From: Pseudomonadota bacterium
GTDB lineage: Bacteria; Desulfobacterota; Anaeroferrophillalia; Anaeroferrophillales; Tharpellaceae
NCBI GenBank assembly: GCA_034659215.1
Contig: JAYEGS010000244.1
Coordinates: 12,659 to 76,658 of the forward strand
Length of the DNA: 64,000 nt
Direction: 5' to 3'
Shown: one piece after another, positions 9,330 through 17,559 of the stretch
Numbering within the stretch: position 1 is the first letter of the stretch
Layout: every line of letters starts with the position of its first letter
Position numbers and translations under genes: made by a program
Notes under the pieces: model-generated
The model's input: only the letters and a program-made list of their open reading frames with translations
What the model was told of the DNA's origin: nothing
The model's database searches: none

Positions 9330-10645
9330 CAGTGTTGTCCGGTTAGGAATTTGCATGTAAAAAATATAGAAGAAAATTGAAAATAATGTCATTTTTTACT
9401 TGACATTCGAGCAATAGTGCGCGCGCGATTTTACCTGTAATATCAACTACTTACAGGGGGAATTGTAAATGCCGCGCACTTTGTCACCAAAAAAATTTGG
9501 TCGATTACCATCGTTTAAATCAGTCCTCTTTCCGCTTACTGGAGCATCTTGTGGCGTTCCAGAATTAATATCTGGAAGTAATAGAGATTTGAAAATGACA
9601 TTTGAAGATCAACTTAAAGTTATGGTCTACTTCCATTTGAAAGATTTTAAGTCTGGTTGCCACCTGCTACAAGATCTACAGGAAGATGACTTTGCAAAAG
9701 AGTTTATAGCCCCCAATGGTGGAATCGGTAAAAGTACATTTTTTGATTCGCTAAACGAACGTGGCCTCGAACAATTCTTACACGTTTTTCAAAATCTGTT
9801 TAAACAAGCGAGTAATCAGATACCTAAAGAATTTTCTGAACTGGGAGATCTGGTTGCCATTGATGGTTCCCTGATCGATTCGGTTCTCTCCATGGTCTGG
9901 GCCGACTATCGCAAAGGGTCAAAAAAAGCAAAAGTCCATTTTGGGTTTAACGTTAATTGCTCTATTCCACAAAAGGTTTTTTTAACCGATGGCAATGGAG
10001 CCGAACGGCCTTTCGTTCAAAAAATTGTGGAACCAGGTCAAACAGGCATAATGGATAGGGGTTATCAAAGTCACGACCTGTTTGATCAATGGCAAGAAAA
10101 TGACGTCCATTTTGTCTGCAGAATCAAAGGCAATACTCAAAAAACTTGTATTAAAGAGCTTCCTTTTGAAACCGGGGGCGACATCTTCTATGATGCAGTG
10201 GTTCGCCTGGGTCAACCTGGCGTAAATGAGACTAAAAAGGATCTACGCCTGGTTGGTTATAAAATTGGCGACAAAAAATATTGGGTTGCGACCGACAGGT
10301 TTGATCTAACGGCTGAGCAGGTCGCCTTAATCTACAAACTGCGTTGGAACGTGGAATCTTTTTTTGCCTGGTGGAAACGCCATATGCGAGTATATCATTT
10401 AATTTCAAGAAGTAAGCATGGGTTAATGGTTCAAATATTATCAGGTCTTATCACATACCTGTTGCTCGCCATTTATTGTAACAATGAATTTGGCGAAAAA
10501 GTTAACATTAAGAGAGTGCGTGAATTACAAATAAAAATAGCCAATGAGATTCGCCAGCTGGATCAGGAACCTCCAGATTTTGATCCGGTGGAAGAAAACT
10601 GGACAGAACCATTATTGCAAGCAAATCTCTAACCGGACACCACTG
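9330..10645 (+). mobile_element. IS4-family insertion sequence (1316 bp), intact
   Basis: Left inverted repeat CAGTGTTGTCCGGTTA at 9330..9345. The right one at 10630..10645 reads CAGTGGTGTCCGGTTA as reverse complement, a 15/16 match. It is flanked by the 9-bp direct repeat and holds a single DDE transposase ORF. Confidence 0.8.
9469..10632 (+). CDS. IS4-family DDE transposase
   Basis: DDE residues lie in VAIDGSLID, IMDRGYQS and YKLRWNVESFFAWWKRH (the Y-x2-R-x3-E-x6-K IS4 signature). The stop codon overlaps the right inverted repeat. Confidence 0.85.
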   Translation: MPRTLSPKKFGRLPSFKSVLFPLTGASCGVPELISGSNRDLKMTFEDQLKVMVYFHLKDFKSGCHLLQDLQEDDFAKEFIAPNGGIGKSTFFDSLNERGLEQFLHVFQNLFKQASNQIPKEFSELGDLVAIDGSLIDSVLSMVWADYRKGSKKAKVHFGFNVNCSIPQKVFLTDGNGAERPFVQKIVEPGQTGIMDRGYQSHDLFDQWQENDVHFVCRIKGNTQKTCIKELPFETGGDIFYDAVVRLGQPGVNETKKDLRLVGYKIGDKKYWVATDRFDLTAEQVALIYKLRWNVESFFAWWKRHMRVYHLISRSKHGLMVQILSGLITYLLLAIYCNNEFGEKVNIKRVRELQIKIANEIRQLDQEPPDFDPVEENWTEPLLQANL

Positions 10646-10654
10646 AAATAACCT
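10646..10654. repeat. 9-bp target-site duplication AAATAACCT (right copy)
   Basis: Matches 9321..9329. Confidence 0.7.
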
Positions 10655-10682
10655 CTTACTCAACCTATTGAGGAATCAATAT

Positions 10683-11576
10683 ATGAAAATTGGAGTAGTA
10701 GGAACTGCCGGCGGCTGGTCATCTGAACTTCTCGCCGATAGAGTCGCTGAAAAGACCGGCTCCCGTCTCCTGATCGAGATGGACAGAACCCGGCTCGATC
10801 TGCCGGCCGGAAAACTCTGGTTCAACGATGTTGACCTGACAACTCTCGATGCCCTGCTGATAAAAAAAATCGGGCAGCGTTACTCGCCTGATCTCCTGGA
10901 TCGCCTCGAAATGCTGCGGATCTTGTCTAAAAAAGATGTTTTAATCTGTTCCGACCCGCTTAAAATCCTGCGCGTTCTGGATCGTTTAAGCTGCACTGTA
11001 ACCCTGCAGGAGAACGAAATACCGATGCCGGAAACTTCGATCACGGAAAATGTTGAACTTGCCGCCGCCATAATCCGGGATTATGGCGAAGCCGTACTGA
11101 AACCCCTCTACTCAACCAAGGCAAGAGGCATGACGATAGTAAGCGACGGCCCAGACCTTATTAAAGTGCTGGAAAATTACAAAAAAGAGAATACGATTAT
11201 CTATATTCAGAAAAAGATCGACCTGGGCGAGTTTGACCTGGGGCTGGTTTTTCTGGGCGGCAAATATCTGACCACCTATGCCCGCTGCCGCCAGGATAAA
11301 ACGGCATGGAACACAACCACAGCGGCCGGCGGTAAATACGCCGCCATTGATCCCGAACCGGAAGTTATTGAGCTTGCCCGCCAGGCTCAGGCACCCTTCG
11401 GACTCGATTTCACCTGTGTCGATGTTGCTCTGACAGATGCGGGGCCGGTAGTTTTTGAAGTTTCTGCTTTTGGTGGTTTTCGCGGCATCCTTGAAGCTCG
11501 AGGTCTGGATGCTGCTGCTCTTTTAACTGACTATGTAATTGAAAAAGTGGACAACCATAATGACACAAACAGCTAA
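10683..11576 (+). CDS. ATP-grasp enzyme (RimK/GshB-like), GAK-system type
   Basis: ATP-grasp fold motifs (LKPLYSTKARGM, IYIQKKIDLGEFDLGLVFLGGKY, ...FEVSAFGGF). Preferred start is the ATG at 10683 with GAGGA 8 nt upstream. The ORF-track TTG is at 10668. Confidence 0.7.
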   Translation: MKIGVVGTAGGWSSELLADRVAEKTGSRLLIEMDRTRLDLPAGKLWFNDVDLTTLDALLIKKIGQRYSPDLLDRLEMLRILSKKDVLICSDPLKILRVLDRLSCTVTLQENEIPMPETSITENVELAAAIIRDYGEAVLKPLYSTKARGMTIVSDGPDLIKVLENYKKENTIIYIQKKIDLGEFDLGLVFLGGKYLTTYARCRQDKTAWNTTTAAGGKYAAIDPEPEVIELARQAQAPFGLDFTCVDVALTDAGPVVFEVSAFGGFRGILEARGLDAAALLTDYVIEKVDNHNDTNS

Positions 11577-12651
11577 AAGTCTGAATCAACTGGCAGAAGA
11601 GTTTTTAAGTGGCGTTAGTCTTACGCAAACGCTATCTTTAAAATTTGAAGATTATCTCATCGGCATCCAGAGCAACTCTCACTCTTTGATTGAAAATTTG
11701 CGGCACTATTTCGCAGACTTTGTGGTTGAGGGTAGTGCGCCTGCACTTCTGGTGACAGCTATCGAGATGGAGCAACCTAAGTTTGACCTCCACTTTGAGA
11801 TCAAGGTTCCGGACCCCGGAAAAACTAAAATCAAGGAAGAATTTGTTAATATCGAAGGCGGCAGGATAGTCAGGAAACGCTTGACCGGCATGAGCTTTCT
11901 CTTCGGTGGCTCTATAAACCTGGCGCTTGGTCCATGCCGGGCAAACTCAAACCAGGTAATAAACTTTATCAACAACCGGTTTATCTCCTACAAACTTAAT
12001 CAGGGCTGCCTCCTCGGTCATGCTGCCGCTGTAACTGCAAACGGCAGAGGTCTGGCGCTGGCAGGATTTTCCGGGATGGGAAAATCAACCCTGGCCCTGC
12101 ACCTGATGAGTCGCGGCGTGAAATTTGTCAGTAACGACCGGCTCCTGGTTGACGCTGAGAGAAAAGATGAATTGAAAATGTACGGGGTTGCCAAGCTGCC
12201 GCGGATTAATCCGGGAACCGCTCTCAACAACCCCGACCTCGTCAAAGTTCTACCGGTCGATGACTACAAACGTTTCTCTCTGATTGAACAGGATGAGCTC
12301 TGGCAGGTCGAGCATAAATACGATGTTTTCATCGACGACTGCTTCGGCCCCGATCGTTTTCAGATTAAAGCTCAAATGAGCGCTCTGGTAATCCTTAACT
12401 GGCAACATAACGCTCCTGAAACCTTAATCAAACAAGCTGATCTCTCCCGACGACTGCAGATCCTGCCGGCTTTCATGAAGACCGCCGGCCTCTTTTATCT
12501 CGATGAGAGCAACCGAAACGAAGAGATGGAGAGGGTTGATTTTTACCAGGAACAACTCTCCTTATGCCCGATATATGAATTGAGTGGTAAAATTGATTTC
12601 AGCAAGGCGGCTGATTTGTGCATCTCATTATTAGAAGAGACGGAGCTATAG
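11539..12651 (+). CDS. HprK-related P-loop kinase
   Basis: LAGFSGMGKSTLALHLMSRGVKFVSNDRLLVD matches the HPr kinase/phosphorylase C-terminal P-loop pattern G-x-SG-x-GKS...DD. It overlaps the ATP-grasp gene end, consistent with translational coupling. Confidence 0.65.
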   Translation: MKKWTTIMTQTAKSLNQLAEEFLSGVSLTQTLSLKFEDYLIGIQSNSHSLIENLRHYFADFVVEGSAPALLVTAIEMEQPKFDLHFEIKVPDPGKTKIKEEFVNIEGGRIVRKRLTGMSFLFGGSINLALGPCRANSNQVINFINNRFISYKLNQGCLLGHAAAVTANGRGLALAGFSGMGKSTLALHLMSRGVKFVSNDRLLVDAERKDELKMYGVAKLPRINPGTALNNPDLVKVLPVDDYKRFSLIEQDELWQVEHKYDVFIDDCFGPDRFQIKAQMSALVILNWQHNAPETLIKQADLSRRLQILPAFMKTAGLFYLDESNRNEEMERVDFYQEQLSLCPIYELSGKIDFSKAADLCISLLEETEL

Positions 12652-12652
12652 T

Positions 12653-12910
12653 ATGTCTGAAAAAAAAGTGGACTTTACAACAAAGGGTGAAAACCAGGAG
12701 GTGGTTAACTATCTCTCCTCTCTGATTCAGGGTTTTGAAAAAAAGCGTCTTATCCTGACTCATGCCGATGATGAAGTTGTCCTCTACCCCGATGACGAAA
12801 TCACTTTCAAAGTCAAAGCCCGTCTCAAAAAAGGTGAAGCCCGGGTGGAACTGAAACTCTCCTGGAAACAGGAGGCAGAATCTGGTAAAGAGATCTTAAT
12901 CAGCAATTGA
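12653..12910 (+). CDS. amphi-Trp-like small protein, paralog 2
   Basis: 85 aa, paralogous to 7362..7628. Starts 2 nt after the kinase stop. Confidence 0.5.
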   Translation: MSEKKVDFTTKGENQEVVNYLSSLIQGFEKKRLILTHADDEVVLYPDDEITFKVKARLKKGEARVELKLSWKQEAESGKEILISN

Positions 12911-12981
12911 GATCACAGTTATTAACTGGATGGATATTCTCCGACGCAACTACTACTGTCTGAAAGCTTAAAAATGTTCAA

Positions 12982-14208
12982 TTGAGAATGAAACACAAAC
13001 AGTCCGAACCTAACACAAAGATTCTTATCAACCGGGAATTTTCGATTCCCGACCCGGAAAAACTGGAACTCTACCGCTCCAACCCTTCTCTTGGCCCGCG
13101 AATTCTTTTTTTCAGCGGGGGCTCGGCAATCCGCCAGCTCAGCACCAGGCTTATCAACTACACCTGGAACTCAATCCATTTAATAACCCCTTTTGACTCA
13201 GGAGGCAGTTCTGCCGTTTTAAGAGAGGCTTTTCGCATGCCGGCAATCGGCGACATTCGCAATCGTCTTATGGCCCTGGCGGACCAGTCAGTACTCGGCA
13301 ACCCTGAAATTTTCCGGCTCTTTGCCTACCGTTTACCAACTGCCGCTTTAGAAGATGATCTTCTAAATGAGTTTACCAGCATTCTCGAAGGCCGGCATGA
13401 GTTGGTTGCTGCCGTCTCATCACCGATGCGTAAGATCATCAGGCATCATCTTAAACTTTTCTCTGAACTAAAGCCGGAAAAGTTCAATCTCGCCGGTGCC
13501 AACATCGGCAACCTGGTCCTGACAGCCGGCTACCTTGAGAACCGCCGTCATCTTGACCCAACCATTTATATTTATTCGAAATTAGCCGAAGTGCGGGGAG
13601 TTGTCAGACCGGTTGTCAGCGTAGACTGTCACCTCGGCGCTGAACTTAACAATGGAGCAAGGATTATCGGTCAGCACCTTATCACCCGACAGAACAGAGC
13701 TAAAGCAAAGCAGCGAATAGAGAAAATATTTTTACTTGAGGCTGGAAATCCGGTTTCAGACATCAGTGATGAAATCTCTATACGTCCCAAAGTTGCTGAA
13801 CTGATCAATAAAGCGTCCATTATCTGCTACCCGATGGGAAGCTTTTTCACCAGTCTGATTGCCAGCCTGCTGCCTTCGGGGATTGGTTCGGCGCTAGCGC
13901 GAAGCCGAGCGCCGAAAATATACATTCCCAATACGGGAGATGATCCGGAAAGCTTTGGTTTAGACTTGATGGATCAGATCGATACCCTTTTAAACTATCT
14001 GAAGAGAAACAATTCCACCCTAGATGATAAACAACTGCTTAATTTCGTTTTACTTGACAGCAACGAAAAAAATTATACCGGCAAGCTCAATCCGGCAGAT
14101 CTTGAAGAGCGCGGCATCAGAATCATCCGCCGCAATTTAATCTCTGCCGCAAGCAAGCCATTGATCGATGCCGACCTTCTAACTGAAACCCTCCTCTCCC
14201 TCAACTGA
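12982..14208 (+). CDS. CofD-like / UPF0052 (YvcK-like) family protein
   Basis: ILFFSGGSAIRQL...ITPFDSGGSSAVLRE...IGDIRNRL matches the CofD/YvcK N-terminal signature. Confidence 0.7.
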   Translation: MRMKHKQSEPNTKILINREFSIPDPEKLELYRSNPSLGPRILFFSGGSAIRQLSTRLINYTWNSIHLITPFDSGGSSAVLREAFRMPAIGDIRNRLMALADQSVLGNPEIFRLFAYRLPTAALEDDLLNEFTSILEGRHELVAAVSSPMRKIIRHHLKLFSELKPEKFNLAGANIGNLVLTAGYLENRRHLDPTIYIYSKLAEVRGVVRPVVSVDCHLGAELNNGARIIGQHLITRQNRAKAKQRIEKIFLLEAGNPVSDISDEISIRPKVAELINKASIICYPMGSFFTSLIASLLPSGIGSALARSRAPKIYIPNTGDDPESFGLDLMDQIDTLLNYLKRNNSTLDDKQLLNFVLLDSNEKNYTGKLNPADLEERGIRIIRRNLISAASKPLIDADLLTETLLSLN

Positions 14209-14372
14209 CAATGGCCGGACAAAAGTTAACTAAATTCTTCTGCTACCATCTTGAAGATAATTTGATCGGCATTTTTCATCAAGCTCTCCCTCTCACCGAA
14301 TCAACCGAATCCGCTTTTTCTAAAGCAAACAGAGCCTGTTTGGGGCCAGCAACCCCTTTCTGTGCAGCCTCA

Positions 14373-14750
14373 TTAACGCTCTTGGTCCGTATGGTGCGCT
14401 GCATAACTGATTGCGCAATTTCCCCCGCACCACAGAACGTGCCATCTCCAGGGTAAAGAGCTCATCTTTAACCGATTTGAACTGTTTTTGCCGTAAAAAA
14501 CATTTTTCCCGGAGGCAAAGGCAAATTTACCGTTAAACTTTCCGTTTCGATGGAGAAAAACCGTATCGATCTGGTGCCGCATCAAAAGGTTAATCGCGGC
14601 ACTGGTAATCTCGATACGACCGACAATCACCAACTGCTCGGTCTTAAAGGGAAAGATCGACTTTAAAAGATCATCCCCTTTGCGCAGTTGCAGAACATCG
14701 CCCCTTTTTACCAGGCGCCCGTAATCAGAAACCACATAAATGATCGACAC
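14373..14750 (-). pseudogene. cas1: cas1 N-terminal remnant (truncated, ~90 aa Cas1-like then out of frame)
   Basis: MSIIYVVSDYGRLVKRGDVLQL...TEQLVIVGRIEITSAAINLLMRHQIDTVFLHRNGKFNGKFAF matches the Cas1 N-terminal beta-sandwich pattern (v-x-i-x-G-x-v-x-iT-x2-A-x2-L-x4-IP-v-x-Fl-x3-G-x-y-x-G). The ORF stops after 125 aa, whereas Cas1 is about 300 aa. No CRISPR array nearby. Confidence 0.5.
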
Positions 14751-15083
14751 ATTTTCACCTCAGCCAAAAAGGACAATACCAATACCTGCAAAAAAGTTAT
14801 CATGTCCAACCGATAGTGAAGCTTCATCATCAAGCAACAAGAGAATAGAGACTATCAGTTCATCCCGACTTTGGTCATCAACAATGAAAACCCCAAGAAC
14901 ACTGCATAGCTCTCTGAGTTCACCGTTTGACATCACTTCAAGCTGCTGCCGCCAATTCATGATTTCCATCTCCTCCTTCGCATCTACAACCAACCATTTT
15001 CTTCAGAAGGCTTTTTCCATCACAAGGGGAAAGAAGCAACGATTATTGAAGCCAGAAGGTCTCAATCCTTTTTTTCAGGTAAC

Positions 15084-15653
15084 TTGCTTGAACTCAAGGC
15101 ACAAATAGAAGCTGGGAGGAGCGAACTCACAAAATCGGCGCAAAGAAAAATTGAGAAGTACTTGGTTTGCTCGAAAAAAGGACGGGGCGGGCAGTTGAAA
15201 ATAGGCTTTGATGACAAGGCTATAGCCAAAGCAAAGAAGTACTTCGGCTATTTTGTGCTCGTCAGTAACCAGACCATGGACACGTTTGTCGCGCTAGAAA
15301 ACTATCGATTGCGAGAAAAAATAGAAGAACTGTTTGCTGTACAAAAGGGAGGGCTTGACGGTGCACGGCCACGCACATGGTATCCCGACAACCTGCGAGG
15401 AAGACAATTTGTGCAGTTTGTATCACTGGGCTACCATTGTTTCCTGACGAAGAAAATAAAAGAAGTACGGGCTAGACTTGGAAGGAATGAAAACGGAAAG
15501 ACTAAGGCTCTCATCAAACTCGAAAAGAAACTGGATCAATGGATTGAGCAACGCTCTCTTGCCCAAATTCTAGACTGGTTCGACTGTATTGAAACAACCA
15601 CCGTGCAGACTGCTATGGGCAACTATCGAATCGATGGTCTACCGAATCAGTAG
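15084..15653 (+). pseudogene. IS4/IS1634-superfamily transposase C-terminal fragment
   Basis: KKYFGYFVLVSNQTMD...YRLREKIEELFAVQK....ARPRTWY is the C-terminal E-containing block (Y-x2-R-x2-IE-x2-F) of IS1634-like transposases. The N-terminal DD region is absent. Confidence 0.5.
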
Positions 15654-15719
15654 CCAGAGATCGGTTGTTTTTAGAATATTTGGGGATGACAAATAAATAG
15701 TGTACGCTTTATCCGACTT

Positions 15720-16322
15720 TCAGGGGAGTCTCGACTTAAAAAGCTTTTCGGCCTTGTCACGGTCCTGAAAGAGGGGCCGTTTTTTGATCTTTTTCTTGGC
15801 TCGTGGAGAGCCCATTATTTTTTCGGAAATTGTATTAAAGTCGGATTGCAGATAGATGACGCGTCCGATGTCGTTTAAATTATCTACTCCAATAAAACCA
15901 CCACCCGTGGAAATGACTGTATTTTTTACGGAATGTGCCAGCCAGTCAGCAACTTTTTGTTCAAGGTTGCGGAAATAAGCTTCCCCTTTCTCTTTGAATA
16001 TATTTCTAATTGTTCTGTTTTCCAAGCTTTCAATCAGATCATCTGTGTCAATGGCAAAGTAATCTGTTTGTCTAGCCAATTCTCTGGCCAATTTGCCCTT
16101 GCCGACACCCATAAAGCCGATTAGGAGAATATTGTTCGATTTAATCTGGACAGAATCTTTTTTTCGGTCTATGCTGGTGGTACCGGGAACAATCTTTTGG
16201 GTTTGATCCCGGCTGGCTGCTACCGGGCATTTGCGACAAAATTTTCCCTTTTTTTTAAATTTACGGCAACATTTTTTCTTTATTTTTTTCTTTTCCATGC
16301 GACGATTTCCTTTGGGAAGCAA
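15720..16322 (-). CDS. aroK: shikimate kinase with Lys/Cys-rich N-terminal extension
   Basis: ILLIGFMGVGKGKLARELA...FAIDTD...ISTGGG are shikimate kinase Walker A and LID motifs. The N-terminal 40 aa (KKKIKKKCCRKFKKKGKFCRKCP) are unusual. Confidence 0.7.
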   Translation of the reverse strand: MLPKGNRRMEKKKIKKKCCRKFKKKGKFCRKCPVAASRDQTQKIVPGTTSIDRKKDSVQIKSNNILLIGFMGVGKGKLARELARQTDYFAIDTDDLIESLENRTIRNIFKEKGEAYFRNLEQKVADWLAHSVKNTVISTGGGFIGVDNLNDIGRVIYLQSDFNTISEKIMGSPRAKKKIKKRPLFQDRDKAEKLFKSRLP

Positions 16323-16459
16323 TCGTTTTTTAGTCTATTGGCTGAAAGTGGGTGTGCTGGATGGAGCATGGTAGTTTATGAGATTACCTATACGAATAAT
16401 GGACACTTTTCTAAAAGTCAACGACAATACCTTGTAATTAGGTGCTTACTTTCTAATTT

Positions 16460-17266
16460 ATGCAGATATTCGTCAATGAACATAGTTGTCAAGTTGAGGC
16501 GGAAACCCGGCTGTATGAGCTCCGAGATCGTCAGAAGCCGAATGCTGACCTGTTGATTGTCAACGGTTATCCGGTTAGTGAGGATCAACAACTTAAAGGT
16601 GGCGACCGGGTGGTGCTGATTCGGCGTGGTAAACAGCCGACGAGCGCTGATCTTGAAGCCCTGATGAGGGCTCGTCATACACCGGGCGTGCATGAGAAAA
16701 TTAAAAATAGTTGCGTCGGGATCGCCGGCGTTGGTGGGTTAGGTTCCAGTATCGCAATAGCCTTGGTTCGGGTCGGGGTCGGCAAGCTGGTGGTTGCTGA
16801 TTTCGACCTGGTCGAGCCTTCCAACCTGAATCGGCAGCACTATTTTATCGATCAGATTGGGTTGCCGAAAGTGCTGGCCTTGCAGGAAAGTTTACAGCGG
16901 ATCAATCCCGGCGTGCAAGTTGAAACAATTCAAGAGAGAATTACTCCGAAAAATCTGCTCATCCATTTTTCCACAGTTGATGTGATGGTTGAAGCCTTTG
17001 ATGCAGCCGATCAAAAAACGATGCTGATCAGCCACTTTTTGCGTGATTGTCCGCAAATACCGTTAGTCGCAGCCTCGGGGATGGCCGGCTATGCTCCCTC
17101 TAACAGTATCACAACGCGCAAGGCGGCTAACAATCTCTACCTTTGTGGTGATGGTATCACCGCAGTACTGCCGGGGCAAGGTTTGATGGCACCCCGGGTC
17201 GGAATTGCGGCGCACCATCAGGCCAATGCGGTCTTAAGGTTACTGCTTGGCGAAGAGCCGGAATAA
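16460..17266 (+). CDS. thiF: ThiS-like ubiquitin-fold domain fused to ThiF/MoeB-type E1-like adenylyltransferase
   Basis: N-terminus MQIFVNEHSCQVE...GGDRVVLIRRG is a ThiS/MoaD-like beta-grasp. After it comes the ThiF nucleotide-binding motif GIAGVGGLGS...DFDLVEPSNLNRQ. Confidence 0.7.
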   Translation: MQIFVNEHSCQVEAETRLYELRDRQKPNADLLIVNGYPVSEDQQLKGGDRVVLIRRGKQPTSADLEALMRARHTPGVHEKIKNSCVGIAGVGGLGSSIAIALVRVGVGKLVVADFDLVEPSNLNRQHYFIDQIGLPKVLALQESLQRINPGVQVETIQERITPKNLLIHFSTVDVMVEAFDAADQKTMLISHFLRDCPQIPLVAASGMAGYAPSNSITTRKAANNLYLCGDGITAVLPGQGLMAPRVGIAAHHQANAVLRLLLGEEPE

Positions 17267-17280
17267 GGAATTAAAAATTT

Positions 17281-17481
17281 ATGGATTTATGTGTCAACGG
17301 TCAGAATAGAGAATTTCCCCAACCGCTCAATGTCGAGCAGTTGCTTGAACATCTGGAGCTGAAGCCGGAGCGGATTGTGGTTGAACTGAACCGGGAGATC
17401 TTGACTATCGACAGACATGCCGACATTCAGCTCCAGGATGGCGACACGCTGGAGCTGATCCAGTTTGTTGGCGGTGGTTAG
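17281..17481 (+). CDS. thiS: sulfur carrier protein ThiS
   Basis: 66 aa ending in GG, with a MoaD/ThiS-like sequence. Sits just upstream of thiG. Confidence 0.7.
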   Translation: MDLCVNGQNREFPQPLNVEQLLEHLELKPERIVVELNREILTIDRHADIQLQDGDTLELIQFVGGG

Positions 17482-17559
17482 CAACTTATTCTTGAACTTC
17501 TGCCAAAAAAACCGCAAAGTACACACTAACTTTAGTTTCTTAAATGGGATATTATTATC

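Noticed and set aside
14211-15100. CRISPR array adjacent to the cas1 remnant
   Set aside because: I found no regularly spaced direct repeats of 25-40 nt in this stretch or the flanks.
16323-16459. Possible TPP riboswitch ahead of the thi operon
   Set aside because: Only fragmentary resemblance to THI-box elements. The conserved CTGAGA / ACCCTTTGAACCTGATCTGGATAATGCCAGCGTAGGGA core is not present. It needs cmsearch, so I did not call it.
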